Shown here in pieces: positions 11,412 to 18,733 of a stretch of 30,479 nt of DNA. Location: positions 1 through 30,479 of the forward strand of contig JBKKAI010000450.1 of the NCBI GenBank assembly GCA_046714815.1, written 5' to 3'. The DNA comes from Terriglobia bacterium (GTDB lineage Bacteria > Acidobacteriota > Terriglobia > JAJPHL01 > JAPKYU01). Both the position numbers and the translations under genes were made by a program. How positions within the stretch are numbered: position 1 is the stretch's first letter; the number at the start of each line of letters is the position of its first letter. The notes under the pieces were generated by a model. It was not told the origin of the DNA, searched no databases, and saw only the letters and a list, made by a program, of their open reading frames with translations.

Positions 11412-12457
11412 AAAGGCTCCGGAGCTTCGCGCACCGGAATTGTCTGGAAGGCCAGCTCACGGGCGCTGATGCGGAAGCGTCGCAGCAGCCGCAGAAACTC
11501 ACGGTCGGAGAGCTTGCGGGAGCGCCGGACCTGCCGGCGCTTGCGCCACATGGCGGGCAGGCCGGCCAACGCCTCCGCCCAGGCGTGGGACAGGGCGCGC
11601 AACATCGGCCACCAGCCGCGCGCGCCGGTGAAGGAACCGGCCTCGCCGCGGCCGCGGAGCGCCGCCAGCGCGCTGGCGCCCAGCCGAACAGCGACATAGA
11701 ACGGGTTTAGAAGCAGCAGCCCGGGCGGGAACAGTTTCAGGGCCAGCCAGGCCCGGTTGCGCTCCACCAGCACCAGGCGCCGCTCGGAGAATCGCCCGAG
11801 CGTCGAGGAGTGGTGATGGTAGACGACCGCGGCGGGCATGTACATGCATCGCCAGCCGGCCAGCCGCGCGCGCAGCCCGAGGTCGGCGTCATCGCCGTAG
11901 GCGAAAAAATCTTCATCGAACATCCCGGCGCTCTCGAACACGCGACGGTCGTAGAGCGCGGCGCATCCGTCCGGCATCAGGACCTCTTCGGGGCGGTCGA
12001 ACTGGCCGTGGTCGGTTTGCCCGCATCCGCGGCCCCGGTTCTGGCCGTCGGGATAAATCAGGTGCCCGGCCTTGTCAATGACGTCGCGTGCCTCGTAGAA
12101 CAGGATCTTCGAGGCGCACATACCGATGTCCTCTGCCGTGCGCGCGCCGGCGAGCAACTCTTCCAGCCAGCGCGGTCCCGCCTCGGCGTCGTTGTTGAGC
12201 AGTGCGATGTAGCGGCCTCGCGCCTGGCGGATGCCCTGATTGTTGCCGCCGCAGAAGCCGCGGTTCTCGCTGTTGCGGATCAACACCGCCTCGGGGAATT
12301 CTTCGAGCACCATGGCCGGCGAGCCGTCCTCGGAGCCGTTGTCCACCACGATGATCTCGAAGTCACCGAGCGTTTGGGCGCGCAGCGAGAGCAGGCAGGC
12401 GCGCAGCAATTCGCGCCGGTTCCAGTTGACCACGACGGCGGAGAGAAGCGGGGTCAT
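11408..12457 (-). CDS. Glycosyltransferase family 2
   Basis: VVVNWN, VDNGSEDGS, NRGFCGGNN, LLNNDA, FFAYGDDADL motifs; start MTPLLS at 12457 in an ATGA overlap. Confidence 0.9.
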   Translation of the reverse strand: MTPLLSAVVVNWNRRELLRACLLSLRAQTLGDFEIIVVDNGSEDGSPAMVLEEFPEAVLIRNSENRGFCGGNNQGIRQARGRYIALLNNDAEAGPRWLEELLAGARTAEDIGMCASKILFYEARDVIDKAGHLIYPDGQNRGRGCGQTDHGQFDRPEEVLMPDGCAALYDRRVFESAGMFDEDFFAYGDDADLGLRARLAGWRCMYMPAAVVYHHHSSTLGRFSERRLVLVERNRAWLALKLFPPGLLLLNPFYVAVRLGASALAALRGRGEAGSFTGARGWWPMLRALSHAWAEALAGLPAMWRKRRQVRRSRKLSDREFLRLLRRFRISARELAFQTIPVREAPEPL

Positions 12458-13674
12458 CGCTGTCTGTTCTTGGTCACGAGTTCCCGGAACAACTGCTCGT
12501 AAGCGGAGGTGACCGCCTCCCAATCATACAGCCGGAGCGCGCGTTCGCGGGCGGCCTCGCCCAGGCGCCGGCGCTCGGCGGCGGCATCTTCGCCGGGCCG
12601 CAGCAGGTGGCGCATTTTCCCGGCGAGGTCGCCGGCCGAGTGGGTGAAGGCAATGCCGGCGTCGCCCGCCACTTCCCGGTTTTCCGCTGTGTCGAGGTAG
12701 AGAAAAGGAAGTCCCGCGGCCATGGCCTCCACCAGAGCCGGGTGCGTGCCGCCCACTTCGGTGGCATGGACGTAGGCCCGGGCGTGCGCGCGCAACTGGC
12801 TGTAGCCGGCGCCGTAGATCGCGCCGGGAAAGACGATGCGCGGATCGCGCGTCTCGCGGACGCTGCCGATGTAGCGAGAGGCGTAGGGCGCGTCACCGAC
12901 GATGGCCAGGCGAAGGCCGGCCGCCACGTTTTCGAAGGCCCGCACCACGAGCAGGGCGTTGTTCTCCGGCTCGAGGCGGCTGACGTAGAGCAGGTATTTG
13001 TCCGGCTCCAGGCCCAGCCGCTCGATCGTTTCGGTTCCCGTGTCCGCCGGCGGGCCGGCCCCATAGGGAATGAAGCGGAACTCCTTGCCGAATTTTTCCC
13101 GGTAGTAACGCTGGATATGGAGCGCGTCGGTGACCACGGTTGTGGGCATCCAGGTGGACAGCCATTCCGACAGCCGATAATAGGTCCGGCCAAGAAAATT
13201 CCATTTGCGGCGCAGGCGCTCGAGCCCGTCAACGTTCACTACCGTCGGCGTGCCCACCAGCCGCGGCATCCAGGAAAAGGCGCTGTTGGCCGCGTTGCAG
13301 ATCAGCGCCACCTCCACCGAAGGCATCCGGAACACCAGGTGCAGGACCGAGAGAAACGTGTGGCTGACCGTCTCGAAATACTTGTGGCGGATGGAGGGAA
13401 GAAAAATCAGCCCAACGCCGCGGTGCTCCGGCGTCACGGCCGGCCGGCAGCGGCCAAACCAGCGCTTCCCGCGCTGGCCGGCTGCCGGCCAGCGCGGAGC
13501 GCTGGTTGTGGCCAGAGCTTTCGCTTCGGGCGCCGCCGCGACGCTATGGGGGCGGCCGTAAACCCAGACGCGATGGCCACGGGCGGCCAGGCGCGCCGAC
13601 AATTCTTCGGCAAAGGTTTCAAAGCCGCCGTAAGCGGCGGGCACCCCGCGCGTACCCAGGATGGCGATGGTCAT
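12454..13674 (-). CDS. Glycosyltransferase family 4 (GT-B, DUF1972-like N-terminus)
   Basis: ILGTRGVPAAYGGFETFAEEL, NVDGLE, YVSRLEPENN and EVGGTHPALVEAMA motifs. Confidence 0.9.
   Translation of the reverse strand: MTIAILGTRGVPAAYGGFETFAEELSARLAARGHRVWVYGRPHSVAAAPEAKALATTSAPRWPAAGQRGKRWFGRCRPAVTPEHRGVGLIFLPSIRHKYFETVSHTFLSVLHLVFRMPSVEVALICNAANSAFSWMPRLVGTPTVVNVDGLERLRRKWNFLGRTYYRLSEWLSTWMPTTVVTDALHIQRYYREKFGKEFRFIPYGAGPPADTGTETIERLGLEPDKYLLYVSRLEPENNALLVVRAFENVAAGLRLAIVGDAPYASRYIGSVRETRDPRIVFPGAIYGAGYSQLRAHARAYVHATEVGGTHPALVEAMAAGLPFLYLDTAENREVAGDAGIAFTHSAGDLAGKMRHLLRPGEDAAAERRRLGEAARERALRLYDWEAVTSAYEQLFRELVTKNRQR
13452..13513. repeat. Near-perfect ~30-bp-arm palindrome inside the GT4 CDS
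   Basis: GGCCA-AACCAGCGCTTCCCGCGCTGGCCGGC t GCCGGCCAGCGCGG-AGCGCTGGTT-g-TGGCC; the arms pair apart from two small bulges. Confidence 0.85.
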
Positions 13675-13696
13675 TCACGGCTGGGGCCGGCTTCGC

Positions 13697-14779
13697 TCAT
13701 CGGGAAACGCCGAAGCGGGGCCGGGACCCGGTGGCGACCGAAAGGACCGGCTGCTGCGGCGCCGGGAAAGTCACCGGACGGAAGCGGAACCAGCGGGCCA
13801 GCTCGCGGTCGGGCACCCGGCGGCGCTGCTGGATCCAGCGGCGCTTGCCCATCGCGCGCGGCCAGGCTTCGCCCAGGAGCCGGAAGGCCTTCAACGAGCT
13901 GTGTTCCACCAGGAGGCAGTAAAACAATACTCCCACGTCGCGGACGGTGATAGGCAGCAGATTTCGCAGGTAAAGCGAAGTGCCGGCGTTTTTCAGGCGC
14001 ATCAGGAACCGGTTTTTCACCGAGTGCATGTTGATTTCGGCCGGCAGTTGGGCGCGGTTCCAGGATTGCACCGTGCGAACGTGGTAGCCGATGGCGTCGG
14101 GCAGGTACAGGCATTTCCACCCCAGCAACTGGGCGCGCCAGGCGACATCGGCGTCCTCACGATAGGTGAAAAAATCAGGGTCGAAGAACTCACCTTCGAA
14201 ACTGAGGTCTTCAATCATCTCCCGGCGGTAGAGCGCGGCGGCGGCCGAGGCGCCAAAAACGTATTCGGGGTTCTCATATTTGCCGTTGTCCGGCTGTCCC
14301 GAGCCGCGGTCGAAGTGGCGCAGCGTGGGCGTGAAGTACATGCCCGCCGAATCCACGACGCGGCGCGCGGGAACGGTCATGTCCTCGGCCAGTCCCAGCA
14401 GCTTGCCGCAGAGGACGCCGATTCGGGCATCGTCGCCGGTCCCTTCGCCGCCGGCCATTCTTTCGGCTGCTTCAACCAGGTGGCCCACAAACCCGGCGGT
14501 CAACTGCACGTCCGGGTTCAGCACCAGCACCCACCTGCCCGATCCGGCGGCGATCGCCTGGTTCTGCGCGGCGGCAAAGCCGGTGTTGCGCTCGTTCAGG
14601 ATCACCTGAACCCGATCTCCGTAACGGGCCAGGGTGTCGCGCGTGGCGTCGCTCGATGCGTTATCCACGACGATCACTTCCAGCCGCGGATACTGTTGGG
14701 CGAAGACGGACTGCAGGCAGCGGTCTATGAATCGCCCGCTATTGTAAGTGACGAGGGTAACGCTAACGAGTGGTGGCAT
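13697..14779 (-). CDS. Glycosyltransferase family 2
   Basis: VTYNS, VDNASSD, NTGFAAAQN, LNPDV and YREDADVAWR motifs. Confidence 0.9.
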   Translation of the reverse strand: MPPLVSVTLVTYNSGRFIDRCLQSVFAQQYPRLEVIVVDNASSDATRDTLARYGDRVQVILNERNTGFAAAQNQAIAAGSGRWVLVLNPDVQLTAGFVGHLVEAAERMAGGEGTGDDARIGVLCGKLLGLAEDMTVPARRVVDSAGMYFTPTLRHFDRGSGQPDNGKYENPEYVFGASAAAALYRREMIEDLSFEGEFFDPDFFTYREDADVAWRAQLLGWKCLYLPDAIGYHVRTVQSWNRAQLPAEINMHSVKNRFLMRLKNAGTSLYLRNLLPITVRDVGVLFYCLLVEHSSLKAFRLLGEAWPRAMGKRRWIQQRRRVPDRELARWFRFRPVTFPAPQQPVLSVATGSRPRFGVSR

Positions 14780-15724
14780 TCAGACCGTTTTGGGCGGCGT
14801 GCGGTTTGCCGGTCCCGTGAGCGCCAACTTCATCACCGCCCAATAAGCGCTCCAGGAGCGCGTTCCACCGGGCGCAAATAACGCCGCAAACATCCGGATG
14901 GAAACGCCGACACATGTAAGGGCCCTCATTGCCGGCGCGGCGGTAGAACCCATGTTCTTCTGCACGTAGCAGAAAAGATTACGGTACCAGAAAAACTGTT
15001 TCTGGGCAAATGAGATACGCGCCAGGGAATGGGCGCCCCGGTGGCGCCAGCGGGAGGCGGGGCACAAAAGTATCCGAAAACCCGCCCGGCGGAGCCTCAG
15101 GCACAGGTCTACGTCCTCAAACCACAGAGGATAAAAGACTTCGTCCCAGCCGCCGATCTGTTCCAAGGCCTCGCGGCGCACCAGCAGGCAGGCCCCGGCG
15201 GGTTGCTCGACGTCTATGGTGCGATCCAAGGGCACTCTCAGGCAGCGGTAACGACGGTTCACCGGGTTGGCGGGCCACAGGCGATTCACCAGCAGTACTT
15301 CGAACGCCAGCGCCGCAAAGCCGGGCAGCGCGCGCACCGTGAATCCAACCTGCGGGCGGCCGTCACCATCCACCAGCAGGCCGGCGGCGGCGCCTGCACC
15401 GGGAGCCGCCTCGATCGTCCGGACAAGGTCTTCGAAGCCTTTTTCGAGAACCGCGTCGGGGTTGAGGAACAGCACATACCGCGCGGCGGCAGCGGCGGCG
15501 CGCGCGCCCTGGTTGGCGGCCGCGGCAAAGCCCCGGTTCTCGCGGTTGGCAATGACCCGAGCTCCGCCTTCCATTGCTACGGCCACAGTTTCGTCGCTCG
15601 ATCTATTATCCACGACGATGATTTCGGCGCCGGTATCGCGCAAGGATTCGAGACACGTTGCGATGTGCCCGGCTGAGTTATAGGTGATGATGATGACGGA
15701 GACGGGGATGTCAGAGGCAGGCAC
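14780..15724 (-). CDS. Glycosyltransferase family 2
   Basis: ITYNS, VDNRSSD, NRGFAAAAN, FLNPDA, QPAGACLL and WFEDVDLC motifs. Confidence 0.88.
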   Translation of the reverse strand: MPASDIPVSVIIITYNSAGHIATCLESLRDTGAEIIVVDNRSSDETVAVAMEGGARVIANRENRGFAAAANQGARAAAAAARYVLFLNPDAVLEKGFEDLVRTIEAAPGAGAAAGLLVDGDGRPQVGFTVRALPGFAALAFEVLLVNRLWPANPVNRRYRCLRVPLDRTIDVEQPAGACLLVRREALEQIGGWDEVFYPLWFEDVDLCLRLRRAGFRILLCPASRWRHRGAHSLARISFAQKQFFWYRNLFCYVQKNMGSTAAPAMRALTCVGVSIRMFAALFAPGGTRSWSAYWAVMKLALTGPANRTPPKTV

Positions 15725-15742
15725 GCGCGGCGCTTCCTTCGC

Positions 15743-16882
15743 TTATTTCGCGTTCCGCATCCCGCATTCCGCGCCGGCGGCCGGTTCCGTCGCGGCGGGG
15801 AACAGCCGGAAATACAGCCGCCAGAATGTGTCGAGGTGGGCGCGGTCGGCGTAAATCTGCGCTTCCGAGGCCCGCAGCAACTCCAGCATCCGGCCGGGAG
15901 AGCCGGATGCCGGGCCGCCGTCGGGGAAACGCCAGTGACGCACCCGGGGCAGGCGTGCGGCGGCGATAGCCAGGCCGCGCAGCCAAGCCAGGCCGCGCCC
16001 TCGAAGCAGCAACCGCGCCGCCCACAGGGCCTGCACCACCACCACGCGCGGCAGCACCACGCGCAGCGTGCCGCGACGCGCGTACCGCGCCGCCAGCAGA
16101 AGCTGGTGCGCGGTGATCCAGGCCGCCACGCGCGGATGCAGTTCCGCGGCGCGGCCCTTCCCACCACCTTTTACAGGGCCACCACCTTTTACAGGAGAAG
16201 ACGCGCTGACTTCGTGCCAGGCCACCGCCTCCGGGATGTACCGCGCCTGGAAGCCGGCCAGTTGCGCGCGAAGGCAGAAATCGGCGTCTTCGAGGTAGGC
16301 GAAAAAAGCCTCCTCGAAGCCGCCGACGCGCCGGAACACTTCGCGGCGGATCAGGCAGGCGGCGCCGGAGACGGCCAGCACCGCGCGCTCGCGGCGGCGG
16401 GACGGACTGTCGGGCCGGCCGTAGCCCAGCCGCGCCGCGGCAAAGCCCAGCGAAAGCGCATCGCCCGAGCCATCCACGAGCGGCACATCGCTCTGTTCCC
16501 GCGGCGTGTTGTTTCCGCCCGAACCAATCAGGATCGTTCCCGTGACCATGCCGCACTCCGGATGGGCATCGAGCGCCGCCTCCAGCCGCGCCAGCCACTC
16601 CGGATCGAGCGTCGCGTCGTTGTTGATGACGGCGACGAACTCCGAATCGCTCCCGGCCACGCCGCGGTTGACCGCCGCGGCGAACCCCAGGTTACGCGGC
16701 AGGCGGACGACGCGCGCGCCGGCGCGGGCGGCCGCTTCGGGCGAGCCGTCGGTGGAGGCGTTGTCGGCCACAATAATGTCGGCCGCCGCTCCCCGCTGCG
16801 CGGCAAGCGACGCGATCGAGCGCTCCAGCCGTCCCTGCCCGTTCCAGTTGGGAATCACCGCGGCCGTCCGCACGCGGCTCAT
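15743..16882 (-). CDS. Glycosyltransferase family 2
   Basis: IPNWNG, ADNASTDGS, NLGFAAAVN, INNDA and YLEDADF motifs; start MSRVRT at 16882 in an ATGA overlap. Confidence 0.88.
   Translation of the reverse strand: MSRVRTAAVIPNWNGQGRLERSIASLAAQRGAAADIIVADNASTDGSPEAAARAGARVVRLPRNLGFAAAVNRGVAGSDSEFVAVINNDATLDPEWLARLEAALDAHPECGMVTGTILIGSGGNNTPREQSDVPLVDGSGDALSLGFAAARLGYGRPDSPSRRRERAVLAVSGAACLIRREVFRRVGGFEEAFFAYLEDADFCLRAQLAGFQARYIPEAVAWHEVSASSPVKGGGPVKGGGKGRAAELHPRVAAWITAHQLLLAARYARRGTLRVVLPRVVVVQALWAARLLLRGRGLAWLRGLAIAAARLPRVRHWRFPDGGPASGSPGRMLELLRASEAQIYADRAHLDTFWRLYFRLFPAATEPAAGAECGMRNAK
15745..15772. repeat. Heptamer tandem array (consensus ATTCCGC x4) over the 3' end of a GT2 gene
   Basis: ATTTCGC GTTCCGC ATCCCGC ATTCCGC; encodes the C-terminal ECGMRNAK. 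Confidence 0.7.
16161..16195 (-). repeat. 18-bp-period tandem duplication, in-frame (PVKGGG x2)
   Basis: CCACCACCTTTTACAGG at 16161-16177 and 16179-16195. Confidence 0.85.
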
Positions 16883-17553
16883 CGCGCGAACCTCTTCTTC
16901 AGCAGAAAAAGCAGGTTGCGCATGCCGTCGCGCCACGGCTGCAGCTTCTTCTCGCCCACGCGCGACGAGTAGTTGATGAAGATCTCGCGAAACCGGATCC
17001 TCCGGTTGAGGATGGCCTCCACTTTGATCTCTTCGCTGAAAGCCATGCCGTCGCTTTCCAGCTTCATCAGCGGCAGGATGTGGCGGGAGAAGACCCACAT
17101 GCCCGACTGCGAGTCGCGCACCCAGCGGAAAAACAACAGCGACATGGCCAGCGAAAGCACCCAGTTGCCGAACATGTGCTTGAAGCTCATGGCCTCGGCG
17201 TCCTGGACCGGGAAGCGCGAGGCATTGAGGAAGTCGGCGTTGAGATGCTGGAAGGCTTCGAGCAGGTAGGAAAGCGCGTCCACCGGGTAGGAATGGTCGC
17301 CGTCGAGGGTGATGATGATGTCGCCGGTGGCGTGGCTGAAGCCGCGCTTATAGGCCCGGCCATAGCCGCGAATGTCTTCGTGGACCACCAGCGCTCCGAG
17401 CGAGCGGGCCACGTCCGGGGTGCGGTCGGTGGATCCGTTATCAACCACGATCACTTCATCCACCAGGGACGGCATGCTTTTCAACACCCGGCCGATGCCC
17501 TCTTCTTCGTCCAGGCAGGGAATGATTACGGTGATGCGCTTGTCTTTATACAT
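16879..17553 (-). CDS. GT2, DPM1-like polyprenyl-phosphate glycosyltransferase
   Basis: IPCLDEE, VDNGSTD, RGYG.A, TLDGD and DSQSGMW motifs; start MYKDK at 17553. Confidence 0.88.
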   Translation of the reverse strand: MYKDKRITVIIPCLDEEEGIGRVLKSMPSLVDEVIVVDNGSTDRTPDVARSLGALVVHEDIRGYGRAYKRGFSHATGDIIITLDGDHSYPVDALSYLLEAFQHLNADFLNASRFPVQDAEAMSFKHMFGNWVLSLAMSLLFFRWVRDSQSGMWVFSRHILPLMKLESDGMAFSEEIKVEAILNRRIRFREIFINYSSRVGEKKLQPWRDGMRNLLFLLKKRFAR

Positions 17554-17571
17554 CCGGCAGCGGGAAAAAAT

Positions 17572-18012
17572 AACCACCAAGACACCAAGACACCAAGAAA
17601 ACTACAAAACGATTCTCCGAATACCCGCCTTGATCAACGGCACGTTGAAATTGATCAAAAGGCCGATCCGATGTCCGGTCATTTTCAAGTAGGTCAGCAC
17701 CTGGGCCTCGTGAACGGGCAGGAGCGCGTCAATCGCCTTGATCTCGACGATGACACAGCTCTCGACGACGAGGTCCAGCCGAAGGCCGCCGTCAATGCGG
17801 ATTCCATCGTAGAGAATCGGAAGACAAAGCTGACGCTCGACGGCTAGATTGTGCTTCTTCAGTTCGTGGAACATGCAAATCTCGTAGACACTCTCTAGAA
17901 GTCCGGGTCCTAGCTGCGAATGGACTCGATATGCCGCGTCAACGACGAGTTTCGCGACCCGATCCACGCTTTCCGAGACCGGCTCTCTTGGTGTCTTGGT
18001 GCCTTGGTGGTT
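17572..18012. mobile_element. Candidate cassette: GxxExxY gene bounded by a 27-bp inverted repeat made of 8-bp units
   Basis: Left arm AACCACCAAGACACCAAGACACCAAGA (17572-17598). Right arm TCTTGGTGTCTTGGTGCCTTGGTGGTT (17986-18012), whose reverse complement matches the left arm 26/27. Interior is about 55% GC by hand count versus about 70% in a sampled flanking GT line. Mobility is inferred, not shown. Confidence 0.6.
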
Positions 18013-18015
18013 CAT
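17602..18015 (-). CDS. GxxExxY protein (PD-(D/E)xK nuclease-like, PDDEXK_3 family)
   Basis: LGPGLLESVYE signature and RLDLVVE..IVEIKA (D...ExK intact); 137 aa. Confidence 0.93.
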   Translation of the reverse strand: MNHQGTKTPREPVSESVDRVAKLVVDAAYRVHSQLGPGLLESVYEICMFHELKKHNLAVERQLCLPILYDGIRIDGGLRLDLVVESCVIVEIKAIDALLPVHEAQVLTYLKMTGHRIGLLINFNVPLIKAGIRRIVL

Positions 18016-18055
18016 TTTCCTACCGGACTTCCGTGCAGGCCTCGCCGGAAGCCCG

Positions 18056-18733
18056 CTACGGATTCTGCTTTCGCGGGGGAGCCGCTTTCTGTGCCGCGGA
18101 CGCGCCGGCTTTGCCCGCCGGGGCGGCTTTGCCTGCCGGGGCGGCTTTGCCTGCCGGGGCGCCGCGTCCCTTCTTACCCGCCGGTGGATCAGAGGGCATC
18201 AGCCTCCGAATCGTGGCTTCCAGGTTGCCTTCCAGGCTTCCGAACCACTCCTGGTTACCAGCCATGTCCGGGTCGCGCTCCTCGAGGATCTTGCCGTCCG
18301 GCCCGACGAAAAAAAACGTCGGCACGTGGTATTGCGGCCGGGCCGGCCCAATTCCCAGGTAGTTGATGGCCACGATGCGGTCGCCGATTACCACCGGGTA
18401 AGTGACCCCATGGTCCTTGTCGGAGGTGTATCTTCGGATGGCGTCCAGCGCGCGGGCCGGCGCTTCGTCGGTGACGTAGATGCCCACCACTTCAAACTTT
18501 TGGTTGCCGAACTCTGTATAAAGCTTCTGCATAACGCGGCCCGCGCGTTGGCAGACCGGTCAGGTGGGCGAAAGAAACTCCACCACCACGAACTTCCCGC
18601 GCAGGCTGGAAAGAGTGATCTGCTTTCCGTCGGGCGTCGGCAGGGTGAAATCGGGCGCATTGCGGGCGAGGGCAGCGGGCGCCGCCAGCAACACGGCCAG
18701 GAGCGCGGACGAAAAAAAGCGGTGTTGGTTCAT
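18056..18733 (-). CDS. Secreted TlpA/ResA-like thioredoxin-fold protein, predicted selenoprotein (U58-P-V-C)
   Basis: ATG 18733 (ATGA overlap with the upstream stop) gives a signal peptide, then APDFTLPTPDGKQITLSSLRGKFVVVEFLSPT-TGA-PVC. The TGA (18562-18560) is in frame with the ORF-track fragment 18056..18532. 225 codons. Confidence 0.85.
18107..18160 (-). repeat. 18-bp tandem repeat x3 encoding an APAGKA basic tail
   Basis: GGCTTTGCCYGCCGGGGC x3 on the + strand. Confidence 0.85.
18528..18553 (-). promoter_or_regulatory. Putative bacterial SECIS hairpin
   Basis: Downstream of UGA: UGC-C-AACGCG-[CGGGC]-CGCGUU-AU-GCA. The G-containing apical loop starts 17 nt after UGA. Confidence 0.6.

Noticed and set aside
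18056-18532. Stand-alone 158-aa ORF or a split pseudogene
   Set aside because: The fragment lacks the active site. The upstream in-frame segment restores the signal peptide and redoxin motif, with TGA exactly at the catalytic Cys position.
18721-18733. Shared ATGAACCA start between the selenoprotein and GxxExxY genes
   Set aside because: Only 8 nt including the ATG, with no octamer repeats at the selenoprotein start; likely chance.
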